DNA of 64,000 nucleotides from Anaeramoeba ignava BMAN. Lineage: Eukaryota; Protista; Anaeramoebae. The notes below the pieces were generated by a model. That model made no database searches, was not told where the DNA came from, and saw only the letters and a program-made list of their open reading frames with translations. Numbering within the stretch: the first letter of the stretch is position 1; every line of letters begins with the position of its first letter. Shown piece by piece: positions 14,901 through 26,824 of the stretch. The translations under genes and the position numbers were made by a program. The stretch covers positions 310,001-374,000 of the forward strand of contig JAPDFW010000053.1 in NCBI GenBank assembly GCA_028826165.1, in the 5' to 3' direction.

Positions 14901-15185
14901 TTATTTACAAACTTATTTACAAATTTATTTATAAACTTATTTATAAATTTATTTACAAACTTATTTACAAACTTATTTATAAATTTATTTACAACTTTAT
15001 TTACAAATTTATTTACAAATTTATTTATAAATTTATTTACAAATTTATTTATAACTTATTTATAGATTTAATTATAAACTTATTGATAAAATTGTTTATA
15101 AACTTATTGATAAAATTGTTTATAAACTTATTGATAAAATTGTTTATAAACTTATTGATAAAATTGTTTATAAAATTTATTTATA
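11990..15185. repeat. ~3.2 kb tandem satellite, 12-bp unit TTATTTAYAAAY
   Basis: Continuous ttatttacaaat/ttatttataaac units, with a variant (ttattgataaaattgtttataaac) at the right end. Confidence 0.95.
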
Positions 15186-15318
15186 AAATCCACTTTTTTT
15201 TTTGTTTACTAATTTTATAAAAAAAAAAAAGCAAAAATTTTTCATTTTAAATTTTTCATTTTAAATTTTTCATTTTCATTTTTTATTTGTCATTTTTTTT
15301 TTTATTTGTTATTATTTT

Positions 15319-17896
15319 ATGTCAAACCAAAACCAAAATTTATTATCAAATTCAATTCATTTTGAAAATGAGGTTGATACAAAAGAACTTCCAAAAGAAT
15401 TCAAAATAATTCCAATTTTCGATCAAAATAACGAAATGCACAAAATAGTTTGCAATCCAAGAACAACAACAACAAATGATATATTAAATTTTCTTTTTGG
15501 AAATTCAGAAGAAGAAGTGAAAAAAAATGAGATTTATTCCACTAAATTAAAAATTAACGAACTTGAAGAAAACGAGCATATTGGGATCCATTTTGATGCC
15601 AAAATATTACCAAAAAACCAACCAATCTATAAATATTATGATCGTTATTTAAGAATAATTGAAGTTTCCAAAAAAGATGTTTCAATTGTTATTTCCCAAA
15701 ACCTTCATGAGCCAGGTGAAGATATAATTATGTTTCCTTGTAATTCAAGTGTTGCTTATGTTCTCAAACAAATTTGTCAAGATAGAAATGTTTCAATGGA
15801 TGATTATGGTTTATTTATTCATTATAGTCCAAAAAAAGATTTGACTGATGAAATTAAACAAAAACAAGTTACTTTTCTTCCTTTAAGTGAAAAATCAAGT
15901 GATTTAAAGGCTTTGAATCATCTTTTAAGATTTACTTATGGATTTGGAATATGGCTTGAACCTGGATATAAAAGGACCTTACTTTCTTATTTTTTCCAAA
16001 CTATTTTTGTAATATTCATAATATTTTTAAATATTTATTTTTAAATATTCATTTTTAAATTAGGTTAATGGATACACTTGGTTCACTTTCCAACCTAAAC
16101 CTTCTCATTTTACTCTCATTTATCCAGAAATACTCTCAGTTTCTGATATGAGAACTAGATATCCTCTTAAAGAAATTGAATTAATGATTGATTTAACAAT
16201 CGCTTGTGATATTTTAGTTGAACAATTTTGTAGATTTTTGGAACTTCCTAAATTAAGAAATAACAAACCAGTTAGTTATTCTTTGCTTTTAGTTGAATTC
16301 AAAAAGAAAAAAAAGAAACAAGATTTATATGATAAAGATAATGTGGAAGAATTGACAAATTTAAAAAGCAATTTATCACTCCAAAGCCAGGGAGTTAAAC
16401 CTCATTCTTATTTGAAACTTGTTCAAGTCAAACATCAAGTTGATACTTCTTCAAGAAATCAAACAAAAACACAAAAACAAAAAATTAAGATTCAATCATC
16501 AAAAGTCATTTCAATTGAAAATGATATTTGGGAAGAATTAAAAAACGAAAAAGAAAATATCATTTGGGAAGAAAATGATGAAAATACAAATGAAAACGAG
16601 AAAATGAGAAAAGATAACGATTTCAGTTTTGTTTATTTTATGCATCAATTTGAAAGGAAACAAAGAGAAAAGAATAAACAGAATGATAAAGAAAGTGATA
16701 ATGAAGATGATGAAGAAGAGGATTACCCCAAAATAATCGAAAAAATCAGAGCTGCAAGTCTCAATAAATCCATAGAAATTCTCACAAATCCATCAGGTTT
16801 TTCACCAATATTTGTGGAATTATTTGTTGAAGTTTTACCAACAATTGTTGATCCAATAATTTTCATCCAAAAATTAATCCAAATTTTTAATGTTCCAGAT
16901 ACTAAGCCAAACTCAGAAGAAAATTATTCAGATCTGGAAGTCTTTCAAATACAAAAGTGTGTTTTGAAAACATTCCAATTCATTTCGGAAACAAATTCAC
17001 AAACCATTTCTCAAACAGCAAAATCAATGATTTTGGAATTTTGCCAACAAATTGATTACGAAAATGCAGATAAAGAAATAATCACAATTACAGATATCAT
17101 TAAGGAATTTATTGGAAGAAGTTTATCATCAAGAAAGCAGAAATTAAACAAACTTCTTTTACCTCCAACAAAGTTTAATATCTTTGATTTATCCGATAAG
17201 GAAATTGCACAAAGATTAAGTTATAGTTCTCAACAACTTTTTTTCAAGATTCAGAACAAAGAACTATTTGACGGAGCTTGGACAGAAAAGAATAGAGAAA
17301 AACAAGCTCCAAATGTGATCCAAATGATCCAAAGATTCAATCTTATTTCCGATTGGGTTTCAACTAAAATCTTGAAAACAAACAACTTGTCAAAAAGAGC
17401 TAAATTGCTATCAAGAATAATTCAAATTGCTGCTTCTCTTCGTTCATTCCAAAACTTCAATGATTTAATGGCATTTTTAGGAGGAATTCAAAACTCAGCT
17501 GTTCACAGATTGTCGAAAACTTGGAATAAATTACCTCAACAAATTTCGCAAATTTATCAAGAATTGGATGATTTAACTGGTGCTATTGGTGGTTCAAAAA
17601 AATTAAGAGAAGCATTTGAAGATGGCGCACCTCCTTTAGTTCCTTTCCTTGGTTTATATCTTTCTGATTTGACAATTATTGAAGAACTTGCTAATTTTCT
17701 TGGAAATGGATTGGTGAATTGGGCTAAAAAAAGAAGACTATTTGTTACAATCAAAAAGATTCAATATTTCCAATCTTTTTCTTATGATTTTTCTTATCAA
17801 ACTGATATTTGGGATTCTTTAGCAAAAGAAACAATAATTTCAAGTGAGGATGAACAATGGAGATTATCAACAAAAATTGAACCTTTTCAAAAATAA
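15319..17896 (+). CDS. RasGEF (REM + CDC25) with N-terminal talin F0/F1-like ubiquitin-fold domains; intron 16009-16063
   Basis: Removing the 55-nt GT-AG intron joins the two ORFs in frame. CDC25 motifs: APNVIQMIQRFN, NFNDLMAFLGGIQNSAVHRLSKTW, PPLVPFLGLYLSDL, LVNWAK. REM motif: RAASLNKSIEILT. Confidence 0.92.
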
Positions 17897-17992
17897 TTCC
17901 ATTCTCAATTTTCTTTTCTTATTCTTTTTATTCTTTTTTAAAAATAAAAATCAAAATTAAAAATCAAAATTAAAAAATCATTTTAAATCAAT

Positions 17993-18885
17993 TCAAAAAT
18001 CAGAAACAAGAATTCGGAATTTTTTTCGAATTTCTTTTGTAAATTTTGATAAATCATTAGTTTTGTTTAAATTTGAGATTAAAGGTTTTAAATTATCAAC
18101 AAGAGGAGTACATTCCTCAACTTTGTATTGAGAATATTGATCAATATAAACCGTAAAAGAAAATGTTTTGTTGTGATCTTTTGGATCAATTTTTCGAAAA
18201 ATAAAACGAAGTCGATCATTTTGAACTCTTTCAAATTCAAGTCCTAAATAATTTGTATATAATTCAATTTCTTTATTCATTTTGGAAATGAAATGATCTA
18301 AATTTTGCTTTTTTTGTTCAATTACTTTTAAATTGAAAAAAATAATTAAAATTAAATTCGGATCTTTTTTTTTTCTTTTTTTTTTTTTACGAACTTTTTT
18401 TTTGATTATCAATTTGTTGTTGAAATTGTTCAATTTCTTGGTTAATTTGAATAAATTTATCTTGTTTTTTTTGGTTTTTTTGCTCTAATTCTTTTATTTT
18501 TTGCTCAATTCTATTTGTTTCATTTTCCATTTGTTTTTGTTCTTTTAATTTTGAATTTTTAATTTTTAATTTTTTATTATGAATTTTTTATTAATTTTTA
18601 TTTGTTATTACTTAATAAATATTGATTTTGAATCTCTTTAATTTCGTTTTGCTGTTGAGTTATTTCTTCTTCTTTTTCTAAAAAATTTTAAAATTTTAAT
18701 AAAAAATTCACATTTTAATTTTAATTTTAATTTTAATTTTTACTTTGTAAAGTTTTTGGAATTTCTTGAGTTTGATTTTGAAGTTTTTCTAATTGTTTTT
18801 TTTCTAAAGTAATGTAATTATCAAATTTTTCTTTTGTTTTTGAAATTGTTTCTTTTAATTCTTCAAATTGAATTTTATCAGACAT
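17993..18885 (-). CDS. SPC25: Kinetochore Ndc80-complex subunit Spc25 (4 exons)
   Basis: ATG at 18885. GT-AG introns at 18743-18678, 18611-18542 and ~18395-18326 give an in-frame coiled coil, followed by the RWD-type motif LGLEFERVQNDRLRFIFRKIDPKD..FSFTV...YKVEECTP...LNKTNDLSKF. Confidence 0.85.
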
Positions 18886-19038
18886 TTTAATTTAAAAAAA
18901 AAAAATGAAAAAAAAAATTTAAAAAAAAAAATTAAATAATAATTTTTTAACGGTTTTTTTTCTTTTAATCAAAAAAAAAAAAGTGGAATGTGAATTATTT
19001 TATTAAACAAATTCTTTTTATTTTTTTAATTTTTTAAT

Positions 19039-21660
19039 TTAAACATTTTTTTCTGAAAATTCCATTTCTTGAGTTTTTTTCCATTGAAGATCAAAATTAT
19101 CTTTAACAATATCCATTTGAGTTTCTGAAGTTAATCTAGTTAATAAACTATTTTTTTCGACATTTGAAGAAAAATTACGATTATGAGAATAATTATTATT
19201 ATTATTATCCAAATTCTCAAATTCATCTTCATCCAATCCATTACTAAAAAGATTATTTGGTTGAGGAGATAAAAGAACAAGCATTTCAGCATTAAATAAT
19301 TTTTGATTTATAATTTGGATTTCTTTTTTTGGATTCAAATGCAAAGTTATTCCAATAATCAAGCAAGGAATAACTTCAAAAAGAAAATACCAGAAGAAAA
19401 ATGCAAGATAATAAGAATTTTTATCATTTTCTTGCCAATCTGTGAATTTTTGATTGAGTTTATTTTTTTTTGCAAGAACAAAAATATCCCAAATTGCTCT
19501 AATAAAAAATATTGAAGAATAAGTTCCAATTAAGATAAAAATAGACCAAATTTTTAATGTTAAATTTGTTTGTTTCTTTTTGAATTGGTTTATCACAAAT
19601 AGAAATTTTAAACAAATCAATGGGATAAATAGTGCGAATATTCCATAAACAATTCCTATCCATGAAAATTTTTGATCTGAGTAAGTTTTCACAACTGAAC
19701 ATAATATTATTTGGGATATGAATGTTATTGATAAAACTGTAATTATTGATATTTGGATTATTTTTCTGAATCTATTCTTTTTATTTTCATAGTTAAATGT
19801 GATATTTGATAAAAGGAGTGTAAACAATCCAAATCTATTTTTAATTAATTTTTATTTTAATTTATATTTTGATTTTATATATTTAATTTTTGGATTTAAT
19901 TTTATATTTAATTTATATTTAATTTATATTTAATTTATATTTAATTTATATTTAATTTTTATTTAATTTTTATATTTAATTTATATTTAATTTATATTTA
20001 ATTTATATTTTAATTTATATTTAATTTTTGGATTTAATTTATATTTAATTTATATTTAATTTATATTTAATTTATATTTAATTTTTATATTTAATTTTAT
20101 ATTTAATTTTTTGGATTTAATTTTATATTTAATTTTTGGATTTAATTTATATTTAATTTTTATTTAATTTTATTTATTTAATTTATATTTAATTTATATT
20201 TTTTATATTTAATTTAGATTTAATTTATAATTAATTTATATTTAATTTATATTTGATTAATTTATATTTAATTTATATTTGATTTGGATTAGATTTATAA
20301 TTAATTTATATTTAATTTTATATTTTAATTTATATTTAATTTATATTTAATTTATAATTTAATTTTTATATTTAATTTATATTTAATTTATGGATTTAAT
20401 TTATATTTAATTTATATTTAATTTATATTTAATTTTTAGATTTAATTTATATTTAATTTTTGGATTTTAATTTATATTTAATTTATATTTAATTTATATA
20501 ATTAATTTATATTTATATTTGGATTTAGATTTAGATTTAATTTATATTTAATTTATATTTAATTTATATTTAATTTATATTTAATTTATAATTAATTTAT
20601 ATTTAATTTATATTTAATTTATATTTAATTTATATTTAATTTATATTTAATTTATATTTAATTTATATTTAATTTTATTTTGATTTTTATTATTTAATTT
20701 ATATTTAATTTTTAGATTTAATTTTTGGATTTAATTTTTGGATTTAATTTTTATTTAATTTATATTTAATTTATAAATTTAGATTTAATTTATATTTAAT
20801 TTATATTTTTAATTTATATTTAATTTAATTTATATTTAATTTTGATTTATATTTAATTTATATTTAATTTATTATTTAATTTATATTTAATTTTTAGATT
20901 TAATTTTATTTAATTTATATTTAATTTATATTTAATTTATATTTAATTTATATTTAATTTAAATTTTATTTTTGGATTTAGATTTTATTTAATTTATATT
21001 TAATTTTTGGATTTAATTTATATTTAAATTTTTGGATTTAATTTATAATTAATTTAGATTTAATTTAGATTTTTGATTTATATTTAATTTATATTTAATT
21101 TATATTTAATTTACATTTAATTTAAATTTAGATTTAATTTATATTAGATTTATAATTAATTTATATTTAATTTATATTTAATTTATATTTAATTTATATT
21201 TAATTTAGATTTAATTTATATTTAATTTATATTTAATTTACATTTAATTTAGATTTAATTTATATTTAATTTATATTTAATTTAGATTTAATTTACATTA
21301 AAAATTGTAGATAAAGTGGAAAAACAAAATAGAAAAATGGCAAAACGAACTTATCTTTAAGATTTAATTTAAAAAAAAATAAAATAAATCTTAAAATAGA
21401 AAAAACACTTCCAACAATAAAAATAGCACTTCTTAATTGTGCCATCTTTCTAGTTTTTTGAATTCTTAACCTTTGATTTTTCAAATTAAGATTTAATCAT
21501 AATGAATAAAAAATTTTTTTTTTTGAGTTTTCTTTTACTTTAAAAATTGAATATTTTGAATAACTTCAAAAATAAACCATCCAAATAATATTAAAAATAA
21601 AAAAGAAATTAAAAATAACTCCCATTTTTTGTCTTCAAGTGCAGAAATTGTTTCAGACAT
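19039..21660 (-). CDS. GPR137/TM7SF1-like (THH1/TOM1-type) 7TM membrane protein; exons 21660-21539, 21470-21297, 19834-19039
   Basis: Splice phases were checked by hand. Motifs FVFPLYLQFL and FFFWYFLFEVIP resemble GPR137 FPVCLQFF and LFVWELLP. Confidence 0.7.
19850..21294. repeat. Intronic satellite, 11-bp unit TTTAATTTATA (variants TTTAGA/TTTGGA)
   Basis: Fills the 1462-nt intron 19835-21296. Confidence 0.92.
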
Positions 21661-21741
21661 TTGGAAAAAAAAAGAAAAAAAAAAATGAAAAAAATGAAAA
21701 AAAAAATTTAAATAAAATAATTTTATCATTTCATCAAAAAA

Positions 21742-23446
21742 TTAATCATATTTTCCTGTTATATAAAAGCAATGTAACATAATTGAAAAAAGAAAAATAA
21801 ATCCAAAGAAAATCAATAATGGAATAGATACGATAATCCAAGATTTATCAAAACGGTCATTCAATTTTAAGCAAACAAGCAATTCAAAAATCAAAAAAAG
21901 AAGTTCTAAACTAAAAATAGAAGAAGAAGTAATTTTGATTTGAGCCCAAAATGAATTATATTTAGTTGGAGCATGAAGTAGTTCAGAACACGCTTTGATA
22001 TCAGGCTGAAAAAAACGAATAAAAGCAGATCCAAAGCAAAGAAACCATAAAGGAGAACCCCCAATAACAAACAAGATGATGAAAAGTGAATTCATTGAAA
22101 ATTTGGAAATTTTTTCTTGATAAAGTGCCAATAATAAAAAAAATATCGAAATCAAGAACACAAAAATCCCCAAATAAACAAGTAAAACATTGGTGAAATA
22201 ACTGTTTAAACTTGAATGATTATCATACAACATCCAACACTTAATTAAAATAATGAGTGTTAAAAGAAAAATGGGAACAGCAACAATAAACCAAGAAAAA
22301 TTCCCAATTTCATCCAATTTTAATCCAAGCAACAAAACAAAAACGAAAATAAAAAGTGCGCTTATCCATAATAAATTGGATAGCCATGTTTCTATGTTAT
22401 CTTGTGTATTTATTCTCAAAATAATTCCTGCATAAACTGTAACAAGTAAAAATATCATCACAAATAATAATCCAACTGAATAACTCATATTCATTTTCCC
22501 ATCCATTTTCAAAGAAACAAAAAGTATTGTTAGCAAGCTACAAACGGATGCAATAAAAGGATAAATCCCGCCTGAAAGCGGAAAAAGCAATTTGTTTGAA
22601 ATTTTATATGATTTTTTCGTGGTTTTTTTTTGATGATTTGCACATTCTCTTATTCTTTTATCAAATTTGTTCATTTGGTGAAGAAAAAACTTTCTTGGAT
22701 TTTCCTCAATGAATTCTTGTTCTTCTTTTGATGGCAAAACAACCAAATTTTTCTCAACATTTTCAATCACAATTGAGTTTGTTTTCTTTTTTTCACTTTG
22801 TTGATAAAATGGAGAATCAAATACTAAAAAATTTTTCATTTGTCTTTCAAAAAGATATTGTGATAATCCATAAACTCCTGTAAAGGAAATGAAAAATCGG
22901 AAATTTTTCTTTGACATATAAGAACTTTTATTGCATTCCACAAAATCAAGAACACGATAATTTTTTTCAATCATTTTCATCCACAAGTTGCTTTCTTGAA
23001 TAATTTTCAAAAAACGAGAGCAAGTTGTTTCACAATAAACAATTTCATAAGGTTTTTGCAAGAAATTAAAAATATGCAAAATTACTTAAATTTTTTAATT
23101 AAATTTTTTAATAAATTTTTAATTAATTTTTTAATTAAATTTTTTCAAATTAAATTTTTTCAAATTAAATTTTTTTTGGAAAATTACATTCATCACTTAA
23201 TAAATTAAAAGGATTTCCTTCAATTTCTTGAATATCTTGAATATCTTCAAATTCACTCATTTCAATATCTTCAAAAATTAAATCTTTTTTGCTGATAATT
23301 TGTTTTCTTTCAATTTTAATTTTTTTTTCATTAACTAATTCTTTTTTAATAAATGAATTTTTAATAATATATGATGGATAAATTTTCTCAATAAATTGTT
23401 GAGATGAAATGTTAGGATATCTTGATAATCTAACAGAAAGATCCAT
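21742..23446 (-). CDS. F-box + TMEM185/TMEM203-like multipass membrane protein; intron 23187-23085
   Basis: Splicing reconstitutes the F-box PFNLLSDELILHIFNFL...TCSRFLKIIQESNLW. TMEM185-type repeats follow: LKMDGKMNMSY, LKLDEIGNFSWFIVAVPI, LKLNDRFDKSWIIVSIPL. Confidence 0.85.
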
Positions 23447-23638
23447 TTAAAAAAAAATGAAAAAAATGAAAAAAATGAAAAAAATGAAAAGAATTTTTTT
23501 GCTTTTTTTATCCACTTTTATTCCTAATTTGAAAATGAAAAATTTAATCTTTAATAAATTCAAAATAAATTTTAAATAATTTCAAAATTATTCTATTAAA
23601 AAAAAAAATTTTATCGTCTTTAAGCTTGAATTAAATTG

Positions 23639-25970
23639 TTAAAAAAGTAAAAATCTTTTTGCTGAAGGTTGAGTCAAAGTAACCCAAGTATTGGTATATT
23701 TATTACACAGATTTTGAGTGGCTGAATCAGAGAACTTGCAATAAATAAGAACAGGAATATTAGAGTGAATTTCCTCTCTTAGAAATGCCAAAATATTTGG
23801 GGCTGTATGACGATTTGTAATAACTCGAACAGCAAATCCACTTACAGCGAAATTTCCAATATTTGAATAAAAAGTGTCAAATTTATTTAAATCATCCTTT
23901 TCTTGAAGATATAAGTTCTTGATTTTGTTTGCTTCGAAATAAACTAAAATTTGTGATTTTGATTCTTCAATATTTGGGATTGGAATCCACTTTCCTTTAT
24001 CATTTTTAATCTTCATTTGTGAAGGGAAAATGCATTTAACACCTGAGCGTTTTGAAGCCAAATTGCTTAAATAACGGTTTTCTTCGTGCTGAATGTCGAT
24101 CCAAAAAATAACTTTTTCAACAATTGTTTGAGTGAAATAGATTGAGAAAAGCAGACAATAATTTTGGAATGTGATTTTTGTTGAATAATTCAAACATAAA
24201 AGCGATATTTTGGAAAGGATATTGTGAATAATTTCAAGACAAGAATTCCCTTCAATAAAATTTTGAGTTTCTTCTTCAAGATTTAGTAGAAGATCCTTCA
24301 ATTCTGTGAATACAAAATTCACACCTAAAAATTCCGTTTTATCTTTTTGTTTTTCTTTTTGTTTTTCTTTTGTTTTTCTTTTTGTTTTTCTTTTTGTTTT
24401 TCTTTTTGTTTTTGTTTTTGTTTTTCTTTTTTTAGATTCTTTTTATCCTCAATTTGCTGATATTCTGCATTGATGATTTTTAGAGGCTTTTTTTTGGAAT
24501 CAAGCCAGATTCGATTGAAATTCAATTTCGCAAGTGCTTTCAATTTTTCCACAAACAAAAACTTTGAGTATTGAGGGAATTTCTCCTCAAAAAGAACAGC
24601 TTTATCAATCACACGGTTCAGACACTCAAAAAAGGAGTTGTAACTTATTGATTTGAGTGGCTTCTTGAGGGGATTGCAGAACTGGAACAAAACAGAAGGG
24701 ATGTTTGTGATCCAAATATTTTGAAAGTTGTTTTGTTGGATAAATTTTTCATAGATCTGCAAATTTGTATCATTGATATTGAATTGAGGAGAAGAAGAAT
24801 AAATAAGAATAGGCAGCTTTCTCATCAAATGGTCAGATTCAATCACAGTCAAAAACTCCAGTGCGGTTGATGAAGAAATAACAATGAGCACTTGATATGG
24901 AGATAGAAACTTGAGATATCTATCCGAAATATCTTTAACATAAATTGAGTTGATTTCTTCCGCACGAAGCATTATAACCTTGATAAGCGGCATTTCTTCA
25001 AGTTTTGAAACAATTTTTGCAATGACTTTATCCTCTTCAACTCTTGGTTCATCGAACCAAATCACAAAAAATGTTGATGGCGATTTGCTTTCCATTTGCC
25101 GCCATAATTTGGGATTTAAAATTTGACTTTTTGATTCAGATTTTTGTTGATGATAACGTTGATCATCGCTATTTATTTCTTCGAAATTGTTATGCTCCAA
25201 AAACATATTGTTTTGAGTATTTTCCAACATAATATGATCACCAGTTCCAATTGTTTGTGATTTTTTCAAAGAAACCAATGCTGGTTTGTGAATGATTTTA
25301 AAATTATTGTGAATCGAAAACTGCTCCTTTTCTATTTTTCTTGGTGTTTTTGAACTCATTGATTTATCTTTCGAATTACTTGTGAGTTCTGTTTGCGGAT
25401 ATGTTAAAAATGATAGTAAATAATAAATTGGGATTGTTATTCCAGACTCAAAAATAAGTTTGTTCATCATCATCACGCTTTGAATTTCCAAAGCTTCTTG
25501 TTCTGCAATATTACAAATCCATTTATAAATATAATACAATTTGATTTTGTTATTTTTGGTTTTCAAATGATTTTCTGGCAATTGTAAAATTTGTTTTAAT
25601 AATTTTAGCTTCTTTTCTAAATAAGTTCGATTGTTTATTAATAAAAATTGAAGATCGATAGCTTGAATTACTTCTTCAATTTGAATTTCAGAATTCATTT
25701 CTTGTATTGGTTGTTTTATTAAAGATTCCCAGAAATCAAATCCTGAATGTGAACTTTGTTGAAAAATAATAAAAGGTAACTTTTTATTTTTTAGAAAAAA
25801 GAATTTTAAAATTCATTTATAAAATTAAAATTATTATTATATTTTATTTTGTTTTATTTTGTTTTTCTGTGTGATTTGTAATAAATTCAAACATGAAATT
25901 GCTTTTTGTTTTCATTTTTCTTAGGTTTTTGTTCCCAATGAATAAGTGATTTTTCATAAAGATCTGTCAT
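23639..25970 (-). CDS. Hypothetical protein with two receiver (CheY)-like alpha/beta domains; intron 25892-25780; 1-nt frameshift at ~24370
   Basis: Exon 1 MTDLYEK..QFH joins in frame. ORFs 24325-25698 and 23639-24322 join if one base is restored in the KQKE repeat. The pattern VIW(F/I)D...(LP/IP)(I/V)LIY...W(I/V)T occurs twice. Confidence 0.65.
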
Positions 25971-26105
25971 TGAAAAAAATCGAAAAAAAAAATATAAAAA
26001 GCAAAATAAAAGAAAAGAGAAAAATGATTTGGAAAAAAATGAAAAAAATGAAAAACTTTTTTTTTTTCATTCAAAAGAAGAAAATGTTTTTGGAAAATCA
26101 AAGCA

Positions 26106-26811
26106 ATTTGAAATTGAATTTGAAATTGAAATTGAAATTGAATTTAAAATTGAATTTGAATTTAAATTTGAAATTGAATTTGAATTTGAATTTGAATTTG
26201 AATTTGAATTTGAATTTGAATTTGAATTTGAAATTGAATTTAAAATTGAATTTAAATTTAAATTTGAAATTGAATTTGAATTTGAATTTGAATTTGAATT
26301 GAATTTGAATTTGAAATTGAATTTGAATTTGAATTTGAAATTGAACATTGAATTTGAATTTGAATTTAAAATTGAATTTGAAATTGAATTTGAATTTGAA
26401 TTTGAAATTGAATTTGAATTTGAATTTGAATTTGAAATTGAAATTGAATTTGAATTTGAAATTGAAATTGAATTTGAAATTGAAATTGAAATTGAAATTG
26501 AAATTGAATTTGAATTTGAATTTGAATTTGAATTTGAAATTGAAATTGAAATTTGAAATTGAAATTGAATTTGAATTTGAATTTGAATTTAAATTGAATT
26601 TGAAATTGAATTTGAATTTGAATTTGAATTTGAATTTGAAATTGAATTTAAATTTGAATTTAAATTTGAATTTGAATTTGAATTTGAAATTGAATTTGAA
26701 ATTGAATTTGAAATTGAATTTGAAATTGAATTTGAATTTGAATTTGAATTTGAATTTGAATTTGAAATTGAATTTGAATTTGAAATTGAATTTGAAATTG
26801 AATTTGAATTT
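26106..26811. repeat. (GAATTT/GAAATT)n hexamer microsatellite
   Basis: About 700 bp tandem array immediately 3' of the ATG16-like stop codon. Confidence 0.95.
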
Positions 26812-26824
26812 TGTTAATATATAT

